Shown here piece after piece: positions 46,214 through 59,835 of a stretch of DNA of 64,000 nucleotides. Source of the DNA: Octopus vulgaris (taxonomy: Eukaryota); the NCBI GenBank assembly GCA_951406725.2, contig OX597824.1:20150001-20214000 (forward strand), given 5' to 3'. The notes beneath the pieces are model-generated. The model ran no database searches and was not told the DNA's origin. It saw nothing but the letters and a program-made list of their open reading frames with translations. Positions within the stretch are counted from its first letter, which is position 1. Every line of letters starts with the position of its first letter. A program made the position numbers and the translations under genes.

Positions 46214-46772
46214 TGTGTGTGAATATGTTTGTGTGTGTGTGTTTGTCCCCCAACATCGCTTGACAACCTATGCTGGTGTGTTTACGTCCCCGTCACTTAG
46301 CGGTTCGGCAAGAGAGACTGATAGAATACGTACTAGGCTTACAAAGAATAAGTCCTGGGGTCGATTTGCACGACTAAAGGCGGTGTTCCAGTATGGCCGC
46401 AGTCAAATGACTGAAACAAGTAAAAGAATAAAGGAAAAAGAATAAATATAAAGGTAAGCATTACCAATGAGGAAGCATATAAGCGGGGGATGAAATCCAG
46501 AGGTACCTCCCATGATTAAAATGAGATTAATTCTAAGATTTGTATATTGATGGGCATACCCAGGTATAGAGAAAGAGTAAATAGATCTACAGTATCAGTA
46601 AACACATATATGCATAAATGTAATTTTTTCCCCTAATAAGTTGCACTTCATGTTTGAGGCTTCGAAGAAGCAATAAAGTATTACTCAGGCATTCAACTAT
46701 GAATTCATTGCATCTTTTAGCAGAAACAGTTGTAAGCTAATGAAGTTCATAAATAATCGTTTATTCCTTTGA
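45805..46772. mobile_element. Family G fold-back with hammerhead-like motifs (minus 45846-45926; plus 46658-46738); duplicate at ~58763-59734
   Basis: ~165-bp inverted arms; GGCT-TCGAWGA-A-11-bp stem II-GAAA-CAGYTG-TA-AGCT. Confidence 0.75.
45985..46446 (+). mobile_element. SINE family A (duplicate at 58942-59408)
   Basis: Matches family consensus. Confidence 0.92.
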
Positions 46773-46777
46773 CACCA

Positions 46778-46867
<90 letters not shown>

Positions 46868-47121
46868 GTAAAACAAGGCATAAACAACGGCCATTACATA
46901 TTTTTCTTTATTGTAATAAACTTATTGAAGAAGTTTTGTCAACTTCGAACGAACGAGATTAACCAATCAACTAGCCGATAAAACTTCTTCAATAAATTTT
47001 TAATTTGAATGTATCAAGCAAAGGATGACCCTCTAAAAAGATCGAAATTTTTTGTACAATATAGATAAACGATGTAGTTTTGAGAAGTTCTCTGTTTAAA
47101 ATGAACGGTTAAAGGCAAAAA

Positions 47122-47157
47122 AAACCAAGTTTCGGTTTTCTTAAATCTCTTCAGCAG
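47122..47157 (-). ncRNA. Degenerate hammerhead-like motif
   Basis: CTGAAGA-GATTT-aaga-AAACC-GAAA-CTTGG-TT; stem I broken. Confidence 0.42.
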
Positions 47158-47196
47158 TAATATAATATATATATACATCATTTAGTGATGCTTATA

Positions 47197-47762
47197 TTGG
47201 GTTGTTCGGTAAGTTCATGCCGATTTATAGTAGCTTACTATTCGACTTATTTTAGAACATGGTTGAGTCCATAAAATAGGATTTGACTACACCTCCATTT
47301 AGAGCACGGTTTAAGCTATCTTTTCGTGGAAGAAGGTTTATGTTCCTATAACCTGTGTTAATTCTATAACCCTTTAAAATGGAAGATAAGAAAGTTCATT
47401 TTCCGCACTTGATGCTTTGGGAATTAGACAAAAATTGCTGCAGCTCGGCTGGGATGTGTTACCCTACCCTCCATATTCACCAGATATTGCTCGTTCGGAT
47501 TTCCACTTATTCAGGTCTCTGCAGAATAGTCTTAATGGTAAAAATTTCATTTCCTTGGATGACGTAAAAAGATACCTTGATGAATTCTTTGCCATGAAAC
47601 CACCTCAATTCTGAGAAGAGGGTATTTTCAAGTTAAAGGAAAGATGGAGACGCACTGAGCAACAAAATGGTTCATATTTGGTTGATTAAAAATGTAATGG
47701 CAGGTATCTATTGACCTTTTTCTTTGATTTAAAAATCGGCGTGAACTTTCCGGACAACCCAA
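47197..47762 (+). mobile_element. Internally deleted mariner transposon
   Basis: TIRs TTGGGTTGTTCGGTAAGTTCATGCCGATTT / AAATCGGCGTGAACTTTCCGGACAACCCAA, TA TSD, N-terminal MEDKKVHF fused to LGWDVLPYPPYSPDIARSDFHLF. Confidence 0.95.
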
Positions 47763-48062
47763 TATTATCAGTGTTGTTTCCGGGATTCATCGGGTGTTTC
47801 GGAGCCTCCACAATAAGGCACCATCAAACGGGCAACTCAGCCAAACCTGATCAAGTACCGGCAAGTAAGCAGTTACCATTACCTCAGTTCCCTCTGCCCA
47901 TTGCAGATCTGATACTTCATAATCCACAACCACTTTCAAGCAACCGCTGCTGACCCAATAACGAGTATGAATGTCTTCAGTTTTCGGTGTTGTAGGCTCT
48001 GCAGAGGGACTGGCTTGCGAACCGTTTACATCTTACCTCAATAGGATCACACCTGGCATATG

Positions 48063-48119
<57 letters not shown>

Positions 48120-48360
48120 TATATGTATGTATATATGCATCTATGTATCTATGTATGCACATATGAATATCGTGAGACTGATTTTGAAAAACGAACAATA
48201 TGGCCGAAGGAGAATAACTCATAGAAGCTAATTCATAATACATATACACACACATACATACACTTATGAATGTATATACACACGCATAAATACAAACATA
48301 AAAATATATATACACACACACACACATATATGTATATATATATGTGTATATATGTGAATG

Positions 48361-48419
<59 letters not shown>

Positions 48420-48949
48420 CTATATGTATATATATGTATATATATGGTGTTCAGTATATCACGGCGCATTCGTGGACACACCATGCATATTAAATGGGAA
48501 GAAACATCCTTTTTATAGCAGCAGATGGTCAAAGAAACTCTCTCGGCACATAAATCTTGCAGAAAGTCACACTATATGAAAGATTTTTGTCAAGACTAGA
48601 AAAGCAAAAAAAAAAAAAAATCTATCAAAAGCGAATACAAAAAGCGGGAGAAAACATATGAAGAATACAAACAAACAAACGAACAAACAGACAAAACTGA
48701 TAAACAAGAAGAAAAAACACTAGAAATTTCATATTGCGATCCTAAATCATATTGAAATAACTTCCTTCTTCTGTAAAGTACCCTGGGGAAACTAGCAAAT
48801 TGTTAATGGATGCCCGTGTTTCGTGGATGCTTAAGTTTAGGCGAGAATATATATTCTGTTTTCTTACGTTGGCGTATTATAATCCACACTATACGCGCGC
48901 GAACACACACAACGTAATGATATATATATATATATAATGATTATATATG

Positions 48950-49029
<80 letters not shown>

Positions 49030-49738
49030 GAACATGTATATATATATATTTATATATATATCCAAAAACGAAATATATATAAAGATTATTTGTATATACA
49101 TAAATATATGTATATACGTATATATACGTATATATAAATAATATATTTACACACACGCGCATATAGTTAAGTATACATATATCTACATAGTTATATATAC
49201 ATACATACATACATACATACATACAAAAAGACATATGTGTGTGTGTGTGTGCGTGTGTGTGTATGTATGTATATATTTATATATGTATGTATATATATAT
49301 ATATATATTATATATATATATTTATGTGTGTATATATGTGGAAAGAGAAAGTGAAGGAAATAAAGACAGAAGCTCTTTGGGTGATACCGACAGTTTTAAC
49401 CATTCGTTATGTAATACGTGTATGTATGTAGTGTACGTGTGTCTGTCATTGCAACTCTTTGTGTCCGAGTTTCACTTCTTTGATCTCCGGACAAAATTTA
49501 AAGAATGAAACATCAAAACTCTTATGAATATTCAGGTTTAAAAAAGAGAAGAAAAAAAACAATGAAATCTTTTGATTTTTCAGAAAGTGAAAATATACCT
49601 AAAGTCCGCTACATACGGCTAAGCGTTGGTGTTGACGCATCTGAGAATTTCAAACACATTGATAATACTATATCATAACAAATATGGAAACTAAAAAATA
49701 CAAGAAAAAGAAGAACAGTGCTAAGGAAGAGCGGAGAA

Positions 49739-49794
<56 letters not shown>

Positions 49795-49822
49795 TAGTTT
49801 TATTTTTATTTTTATAGCGTGC

Positions 49823-49863
<41 letters not shown>

Positions 49864-49928
49864 GTTGCTGTTGCTGTTGTTATTATTATTATCATTGTTG
49901 TTGTTGTTGTTGTTATTATTATTATTAA

Positions 49929-49974
<46 letters not shown>

Positions 49975-50061
49975 GTTGTTGTTGTTGCTCTTGTTTAATT
50001 GCTGAGTCTGGAGCATGGGATGTAAGCCTTACGAGACCAGCAACATTGATGCAGTTATTAA

Positions 50062-50071
50062 CCATCACCAC

Positions 50072-50108
<37 letters not shown>

Positions 50109-50274
50109 GTCGTCGTCGTCATCATCATCATCGTCATCATCATCGTCGTCATCATCATCGTCATCATCATCGTCACTATCATCATCATCATCATCATCAT
50201 CGTCATCATCATCATCATCATCGTCATCATCATCGTCGTCATCATCGTCGTCATCATCATCGTCGTCATCATCG

Positions 50275-50306
<32 letters not shown>

Positions 50307-50451
50307 GTCGTCATCATCATCATCATCATCATCGTCATCATCATCGTCATCATCATCATCATCGTCATCATCATCATCATCATCATCATCGTCATCATCA
50401 TCGTCATCATCATCGTCATCATCATCATCATCATCGTCGTCATCATCATCG

Positions 50452-50483
<32 letters not shown>

Positions 50484-50800
50484 GTCATCATCATCATCAT
50501 CGTCATCATCGTCACCATCATCATCATCATCATCATAATCGTCATCATCATCATCATCATAGTCGTCATCATCATCGTCATCATCATCGTCATCATCATC
50601 GTCATCATCATCGTCATCATCATCATCGTCGTCATCATCATCGTCATCTTCATCGTCATCATCATCGTCATTGTCATCCTCATCGTCATCATCATCATCG
50701 TTCTAACGTCCACTTTTCCATGCTTGCATGGGTCGGACGGAGCATATTGAGGTGGATTTTCTGTAGCTGAATGCCTTTGCTATCGTCTACCTATCCTTTC
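50062..50800 (-). repeat. ~640-bp (CAT/CGT)n array attached to a SINE/LINE 3' end
   Basis: Array is followed by TTCTAACGTCCACTTTTCCATGCTTGCATGGG, a retroposon-tail-like sequence; duplicate at 62982-63710. Confidence 0.8.
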
Positions 50801-51212
50801 ACCAATTCAATGCTTTGATTAAGCTGTTGCAGTTCAGCACCCGGCAAGGAAGTACACGAGCAGAAAAAGATTAAAAAAAAGAACTCTTTAAAATGTCTTT
50901 TGATTAAACTAGCTCAAAAATATAAGAAAACAGAAAGAGAAAAAGAGTGGAAGTGAGAGAAAACGATATCATAGCATGAGTGGCAAAACGATAAAAGAAG
51001 TACAGAAAGAAAAGAAGAAAAACAGAAAGAATTGAAGAAGAATAAAGCGGTTGGGAAGAGAAAGAAACAAAAAGGATTTTTTAAAATTAATATGGAAGAC
51101 ATGGGAAAGAGAAATATTGAATTTCAACTTTATCTGAATTTTATGACGGTCCTTTTAAATCATAATAAAAGCCTTAACAAACGTCTGGTCAAAGATCTCC
51201 ATTTACTCGCGT

Positions 51213-51385
51213 TTCTTCTTCTTCTTCTTCTTCTTCTTCTTCTTCTTCTTCTTCTTCTTCTTCTTCTTCTTCTTCTTCTTCTTCTTCTTCTTCTTCTTCT
51301 TTCTTCTTCTTCTTCTTCTTCTTCTTCTTCTTCTTCTTCTTCTTCTTCTTCTTCTTCTTCTTCTATTCTTCTTCATCTTTCTTCT

Positions 51386-51432
<47 letters not shown>

Positions 51433-51527
51433 ATCTTTTTCTTATTCTTATTCTTCCTCTTTTCTTCTTCTTCTTCTTCTTCTTCTTCTTCTTCTTCTTC
51501 TTCTTCTTCTTCTTCTTCTTCTTCTTC
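51213..51527. repeat. (CTT)n tract
   Basis: Directly visible. Confidence 0.97.
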
Positions 51528-51716
51528 AAATACAAGGGGCATTTTCCTTGTTTCTGCATGTCTCTATCAGCAAATATTCTTTTAAAATACTTTTTATTTA
51601 ATTTTTCCAAAATTTTATTGTTTTCCATGCTTACAATTGAAAAAGTCTCAATGACCGAAACCGATACTGAAATGTCTTTTATTAAATTACTTTAACATTT
51701 TCTACCTTGATTTTTT

Positions 51717-51720
<4 letters not shown>
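51527..51720 (+). mobile_element. Family F solo element with hammerhead-like motif (51634-51669)
   Basis: TTGAAAA-AGTC-tcaat-GACC-GAAA-CCGA-TA-CTG; ends in (TA)n. Confidence 0.7.
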
Positions 51721-51794
<74 letters not shown>

Positions 51795-51850
51795 TAGAAA
51801 TATGTTATAAAAAGAAAATATAAAATACACGTGGAAATGTAAGGGTAAAA

Positions 51851-52166
51851 TACGAAAAATTAACGAAAATACACATTGTAAATAAAAAAAGGCTATTTAT
51901 GACAGGTAACGACAAATATATACATTTAGATTGACTGAGGTAGTAATACGAGTCATAAAAGTCATTATTATAAGATGATTGTAAGATGATAATAAACTTG
52001 GTCCGTTTGGTTTTCTTACTTTATTATCATCTTATAATCATCTCATAATAATGACTTTTATGACTCGTACTACTACCTCAGTCAATCTAAATGTATATAT
52101 TTGTCGTTACCTGTCATAAATAGCCTTTTTTTTATTTGCAATGTGCATTTTCGTTGATTTTTCATA
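51851..52166. repeat. Near-perfect long hairpin (~146-bp arms, 23-nt loop) in (TA)n
   Basis: 51851-51996 is the reverse complement of 52020-52166. Confidence 0.95.
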
Positions 52167-52468
52167 TATATATATGTATATAGGTAAGCAGAGTTAGCGG
52201 TTGTAAAAACCGTGTAAGGGATAATAGTACCCGTTCTTACTATCGGTATCATTTACCAATGCTATCCCTGGGCATGGGTATGCTCACAGGGTACAGGTAA
52301 CCACAGAATAAACAAAAGTTTATCAGGAATCAAATTTAAATAATCAGAAAATGGAGATTAACAAACAAACAAATTATTTCCTAATAATCAACCGACGTTG
52401 GTCAAGTCGTTTGTTTGTTAATCAAAGATTTTTTTCCATTTCCTGATTATTTAAATTACATATGTATA

Positions 52469-52742
52469 TGCAGGAGTGGCTGTGTGGTAAGTAGCTTGCT
52501 TACCAACCACATGGTTCTGGGATCAGTCCCACTACGTGGCACCTTGGGCAAGTGTCTTCTACTATAGCCTCGGGCCGACCAAAGCCTTGTGAGAGGACTT
52601 GGTAGACGGAAACTGTGGTTAGTTAGCTAGCTACTTACCACACAGCCACTCCTGAAATAATTTGAACTCAGAACGTAAAGACGGACAAAATACCGCAAAG
52701 CATTTTGCCCGGCGTGTAAACGTTTCTGCCAGCTCGCCGTCT
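52469..52742. mobile_element. Rearranged SINE A head (with short inverted copy) and SINE C head fragment
   Basis: A head 52469-52615 (+), inverted piece 52631-52654, C head 52660-52742 (-). Confidence 0.8.
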
Positions 52743-52977
52743 TGAAATACGGCATTTCGATCGATTCCCTAACTCTCTCCAGAAGCATTAACACCGAACG
52801 TAGTATTGAAGAATACTTTTTAATAAAATTGTTATAGTACCATTTTTCGGATCCTCGAAATAGTATACTTGAATGTATGTATGCATGCATGTATGTATGC
52901 ATGCATGTATGTATGAATGTATGTATGTAAGCATGTATATAGGTATGAATGAATGTATGTATGTATGCATGTATGTC

Positions 52978-53044
<67 letters not shown>

Positions 53045-53194
53045 CGTGTGTATGTACTTGTATGCATGAATATATATATATATATATACACACACATATA
53101 TATGTATGTAAAACCCAAAAATGTAATAAAGAAGTAAAAAGAGACCACATAGAATGTAATATATGTATATATTTATTTATGTATGTATAGGTGC

Positions 53195-53266
<72 letters not shown>

Positions 53267-53353
53267 TTATGTATGTATTTATGTGGGCATGTGCGCATGA
53301 ATGTATGTATGCATGTATGTAGTGTGTGTGTGCGTGTGTAAAAAGAAAAACAA

Positions 53354-53439
<86 letters not shown>

Positions 53440-53667
53440 GGATCTTCTCCCTCTGCGCCCACTTTCCAATTCAAGAAGAATATAATACTTATAATACTTA
53501 TACGGAGACAAATGTCTTGAGACTCTTACTTTCTGCTAATCCACCCGGATCGATTGTAGCAGTACTGGCATGCGGGGGTGGGGTGATGTGGTGTGGTGTG
53601 GGGTAGGAACTGAAAGTTGACTGAGTGTGGCAGAGGCAGGAGTGGGCGGAAAAAGTGGAAATCGCAT

Positions 53668-54030
53668 TGGTGGTGGTGGTGGTGGTGGTTGTGGTGATGG
53701 TGGTGGTGGTGATGGTGGTGGTGGTGGTGGTGGAGGTGGTGGTGGTGATGGTGGTGGAGGTGGTGGTGTTGTTTATAGGTGGTGGTGATGGTGGTGGTGG
53801 TTATAGGTGGTGGTGAAGGTGGAGGTGGTGGTGGTGGTGGTGGTGGTGATGGTGGTGGTGGTAGAGGTGGAGGTGGTGATGGTGGTGGTGGTGGTAGTTA
53901 TAGGTGGTGGTAATGGTGGTATGGAGGTGGAGTTGGAGGTGGTGATGGTGGTGGTGGTGGAGGTGGTGGTGGTGGTGGTGGTGTTGGTGGTGTTGTTGTT
54001 GGTGGTGTTGTTGGTGGTGGTGGTGGTGGA
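53668..54030. repeat. (GGT)n tract
   Basis: Directly visible. Confidence 0.95.
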
Positions 54031-54095
54031 AACGAAGCGTGCACCGACATGAAGAAGTGAAGAAGAGTGGGGGGGGGGGATAGAAAAAAAGGAGA

Positions 54096-54148
<53 letters not shown>

Positions 54149-55177
54149 CCAGTGAAAGCAACAGCAGGAGACTGTCAATCTATGTAAGAGCTAATTTTCA
54201 ATATTCTTTGCAGCATTAGATAATCTACTTAAAACCAATTCCGAACTTCAATCGGCACCTGCCAAACATGTACTTTAAGAAGGAAATATTTTCTTTAATG
54301 CCAACTAAAATCACTAACTATGTAACAGAAAGCAAATACAAATATGATAAATGTAGCTACTATCCTTACCTTACAATATCATGTATGTGTTTGTGCGTGT
54401 ATACATGTGTATATAAGCGCATATACATATTTGATGATAAATACATATTTATGCGTATGTAGGTAATGCGTTTGTATATGTAGGTGTGTATACAAGTGTG
54501 TGTATGCTTCTGTGTTAATAATTCATGCAACAAACAGCGTGTGATCAATATTTTGAATTGTACATTAAGGTATGTTTTTATGAATATCACAAAGTTTTTA
54601 TCCATCACTGTCTCTCACTCTTTCTGTCTCTCTCTCACTCACTCTCTCTGTCTCTGTCTCTCTCTTTCTATCTATCTATCTCTCATTCTCTTTCTCTCGG
54701 GTTTACCCTCGAGATTTCTTCAGCTGAGAAAAACCACACTTATTTTCGTCTGTCCATGGAAAGAGATATATAGTTTATACTTATTTATAGCTGCTAAATA
54801 TGACTTCACAAAATCGCTCTGCCCGATTTGCATGAACAGTGCGTTTGCTCACGACGTAATGTATTTAATTATCGTTGCATTAAACGCCATGTACTTTATA
54901 TTTTGAAGTATACACTACAGACTATGCACCCAAAAATCTTTTTATCTTTTACTTGTTTCAGTCATTAGACTGCGACCATGCTGATGTACCGCCTTCAAAG
55001 GGTTAGTAAAAAAAAATTTACAGCACGGCTTATTTTTTATTTTTTAAAGTCTGGCACTTACTCTATCAGTCTTTTTTACCGATCCGCTAAACGATAGTGG
55101 AAGACGAACATACATACACATACACATACATACACACACACATACACACATACACATACATACACATATATATGATC

Positions 55178-56065
55178 TAGGACAATTGGCCGTAAGACAT
55201 TTCGCCGTAGGACAATTGCCGTAGGACTATTCGCCGTAAGACAATTCACCGTACGGATATTTTGCCGCAAGGACATTTTGTAGTAAAGCATGAGTATGAT
55301 AAAAAAAAATAATAATAATAATAAAGGTCATACTCTTTACTCTTTTTTACTCCTTTACTTGTTTCAGTCATTTGACTGCGGCCATGCTGGAGCACCGCCT
55401 TTAGTCGAGCAAATCGACCCCGGGACTTATTCTTTGTAAGCCCAGTACTTATTCTATCGGTCTCTTTTTTTGCCGAACTGCTAAGTGACGGGGACGTAAA
55501 TACACCAGCATCGGTTGTCAAGCAATGCTAGGGGGACAAACACACACATATATATATATATATACATATATACGAAAGGCTTCTTTCAGTTTCCGTCTAC
55601 CAAATCCACTCACAAGGCATTGGTCGGCCCGGGGCTATAGCAGAAGACACTTGCCCAAGGTGCCACGCAGTGGGACTGAACCCGGAACCATGTGGTTGGT
55701 TAGAAAGCTACTTACCACACAGCCACTCCTGCGTCATACAATTTATTTTAAAACGTTCAGCTAAAAAAAACTAAAAAGCTAAAAATCATGTGAATTCATT
55801 ACAAATGCACGCAAATAATGTTGGTTTTGATTTTGATCGTAACCTCTGACAATGTTTAGAATGCGCTTATAAACATCTTTGTAATTTTTTTCTCTTGGTT
55901 TCTCCTCTCGTTGCATCGTTTAGCTTCTTCTTAGAAGGAGATTCTTCATTTCTCAAGACATTGATAAGTTTCCGTAAATTTGGATGAGTATTTGTAACAG
56001 ATGCATGCAGCAGCGTATTATGGAAACCTTCTACCCCATTGATGGTATTTGCCAGCTGATTTAGG
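55178..56065 (-). mobile_element. MULE (Mutator-like) DNA transposon fragment with ~15-bp subterminal tandem repeats, split by SINE A
   Basis: TINGVEGFHNTL..HPNLRKLINVLRNEE resembles the MULE transposase C-terminus; (GGACAATTCGCCGTA)-like repeats at 55180-55280. Confidence 0.65.
55334..55733 (-). mobile_element. SINE family A with ~7-bp TSD
   Basis: GTCATAC at 55327-55333 and 55733-55739. Confidence 0.93.
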
Positions 56066-56165
56066 NNNNNNNNNNNNNNNNNNNNNNNNNNNNNNNNNNN
56101 NNNNNNNNNNNNNNNNNNNNNNNNNNNNNNNNNNNNNNNNNNNNNNNNNNNNNNNNNNNNNNNNN
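56066..56165. other. 100-N scaffold gap
   Basis: Run of N. Confidence 1.
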
Positions 56166-56378
56166 ACCTTAATACACAACCTACCAAGGAACAGTATAGC
56201 AAATTGAGGAACAGTAGTTTCCTCGGTAAACAAACCCATTCAATCATGGATGTGAGATCAATCAGAAATATCAATATAGAAGATAATATGATAAAGATAA
56301 CCGGGAAACTTCTCTCGTCAGTAACCAATCGGTTTATATATCTTTTATCTTAACACAAACACACACACATGCCTATGT

Positions 56379-56444
<66 letters not shown>

Positions 56445-57251
56445 CAAATGAAAGACAGAAAAGGGAATATTCGAGAATTTATTATTAATCAAGACAATTG
56501 TTTCGACACATCTAGCGTCGATTCCTCATAGGTGGGACACTCAACAACTGCTTCCGGGGCATCCGGTGGTGCAGATGTATCTCGTCGGGTGATAAATAAA
56601 TAAAAATAACGCGTTAAAATTACTGTTCCACAATGTAACTTTCTGTTTTGTAAAGAAAAACACCCAGATGGAGGGAAAATGTTCATATATATATATAGAA
56701 GATCGAAAATAAAATTGCAGAATACAAAAAGAGAAACGAACACATAATCCAGCGAGGAAAGTACGGAAAATAATCGTTAACAGATATATATATATATTTA
56801 TGTATGATGGACTCTCCCGTCGTCAGACGACGTATGAGGGTTCTTACCGAATAATCAAACAGATAATTTGCCTATAGCGATCAAATGTTTGTGTACACAT
56901 AAGCTCACTACCTCCATCAGATCGACATTACCTGTACAGGTGCAACGGGTCCCACGTGTCAGATGTGGAAATGTTCGCAGAGCAACGTGAAATGAAGTGC
57001 TTAGCTCAAGAACGCAACGCAACGCCCGGTCCGGGGATCGAAACCACGGTCTCGCAATCGTGAGTGGAACAGCTTAACCACTAAGCCATGCGCCTTCACA
57101 ATATATAAACATAGTACTAACAATAATACTCTTTGGATGGACTTTATAAATATTTTAATGCACACACATACATATATATGTCTGTATATGTATGTATATA
57201 TGTGTATATATGTATATATATATATATGTGTATGTATGTATGTATGTATAT

Positions 57252-57334
<83 letters not shown>

Positions 57335-57835
57335 TAGCAGTATCGCCCGGCGTTGCTCGGGTTTGTTTCGACCCTTTAGAATTGGAATTTTTGAAAAGTA
57401 AAAATTTTGCATTATGTAGCTTGTTGTTCTCTTCAAGTGAACATTTTTCTGGTTGAAATATACCGAAAAGTGGCGACACAGCAGTGAAAAAATCGTAAAA
57501 AATAGGGATTTTCATAGAAAAAAGCACCTTTTTGATGTAAATAATTTTTAGTGTTAACATGGTCCGATTTGAATTTTATCTTCTACGGAAGGAAGAGCAA
57601 GCGTTCTTCTATCATAATCTCAATTTTGGTCAACTTGCGCCACAGGGTCTCGGAGGAGATAGTGTTAGTTGAAAGTTACCAAACCTAGCGCACACAGACA
57701 ACTTCAGCTTTATATAGAGAGAGATAACACACACACATTGATACACATACATACACACACACATGTATGTATGGATGTATGTATGTATGTATATATGTAC
57801 ATCTGTCCACTTGCCATATTTTTATCCTTCACTTC

Positions 57836-57898
<63 letters not shown>

Positions 57899-58447
57899 CA
57901 CACACCTTCTTAGCTTACAATTTGTTTCTTTCAACAATTGACAACTGAAGTACGCTCGCAAATTAATACTACCAAAACTTAGCGACAGAAAGTAAATTAA
58001 AAAAATTAATATAAATTATAGAATGGAATGTACTTCGAAAAATCATAGATAAATTCCAATTGAAGAAATTGTGTGAGGAGTAAATCGTTATGTATTTATT
58101 TGTTTCTGTTTCCTGTGTATTTTTTTTTGAGTTGTGTTTGAAGGTACACTTGCAAAGAGAAAGTAGGAGAAAGTGTGGTAATAGAAGGAGTGAAGCATTT
58201 GAAATTAGAGAGGCAAATCGTAAAATATTTAGTTATCTCGAAGTTTTGCTTAATTGGGGGTCAAATTGAAAAAACTTTATTTGCCATGACCCAATCGAAT
58301 CTACTTCGAAAAATCATAGGTAAATTCCAATTGAAGAAATTCTATATTGTACAATTGTATTAAAAACAAACTATGTGAGAGGCAGAGAAAATCTGCCTTT
58401 TATCATAAGATTATCATAAGAGATTATCATAAGATATATATATACAT

Positions 58448-58478
<31 letters not shown>

Positions 58479-58590
58479 AAGCTTCAAACACGTGTACCGC
58501 GATATCCTTTGTGTTCTGTTTTTAATTTATATTTGATATATATATATATATATATTTACATACATACACATATATACATACATACATACA

Positions 58591-58663
<73 letters not shown>

Positions 58664-59127
58664 CCCTTTAGTTATTGCGATGCTAATGACCTGATATACA
58701 AGTCAATATGCGTATGCTTCTGAACGAAGCGTTAGTCAAGGACAAAGCGGTAATAGGAAAATATTTGACAAATGAATAATCGATTATTTTATGAACTTCA
58801 ATAGCTCACAGCTGTTTACGCTATAAGATGCAGTAGACTCATAGTTGAGTGCCTGAGTAACACCCTATAGCTTCATCGAAGCCTCAAACATGAAGTGCAA
58901 CTTATTTGGGAAAACAATTACATTTATGCATTTTACGTTTAAGCGCAGGAGTGGCTGTGTGGTAAGTAGTTTGCTTACCAACCACATGATTTCGGGTTCA
59001 TTCTCACTGCGTGGCACCTTGGGCAAGTGTCTTCTACTATAGCCACGGGCCGACCAAACCCTTGTGAGTGGATTTGGTAGACGAAAACTGAAAGAAGCCC
59101 GTCGTATATATATATATATGTGTGGGA

Positions 59128-59175
<48 letters not shown>

Positions 59176-59736
59176 TGTGTGTGAATATGTTTGTGTGTGT
59201 GTGTTTGTCCCCCAACATCGCTTGACAACCTATGCTGGTGTGTTTACGTCCCCGTCACTTAGCGGTTCGGCAAGAGAGACCGATAGAATACGTACTAGGC
59301 TTACAAAGAATAAGTCCTGGGGTCGATTTGCACGACTAAAGGCGGTGTTCCAGTATGGCCGCAGTCAAATGACTGAAACAAGTAAAAGAATAAAGGAAAA
59401 AGAATAAATATAAAGGTAAGCATTACCAATGAGGAAGCATATAAGCGGGGGATGAAATCCAGAGGTACCTCCCATGATTAAAATGAGATTAATTCTAAGA
59501 TTTGTATATTGATGGGCATACCCAGGTATAGAGAAAGAGTAAATAGATCTACAGTATCAGTAAACACATATATGCATAAATGTAATTTTTTCCCCTAATA
59601 AGTTGCACTTCATGTTTGAGGCTTCGAAGAAGCAATAAAGTATTACTCAGGCATTCAACTATGAATTCATTGCATCTTTTAGCAGAAACAGTTGTAAGCT
59701 AATGAAGTTCATAAATAATCGTTTATTCCTTTGACA

Positions 59737-59835
<99 letters not shown>

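Noticed and set aside
47790-47835. Additional weak hammerhead-like strings here and at 12902-12950 and 52802-52869
   Set aside because: Core incomplete, or stems II/III cannot be paired
49970-50770. Long poly-His, poly-Met and poly-Ile ORFs (also 62890-63681)
   Set aside because: Trinucleotide array is open in several frames by composition
55867-56328. ORFs spanning the N gap
   Set aside because: Artefact joining unrelated contig ends
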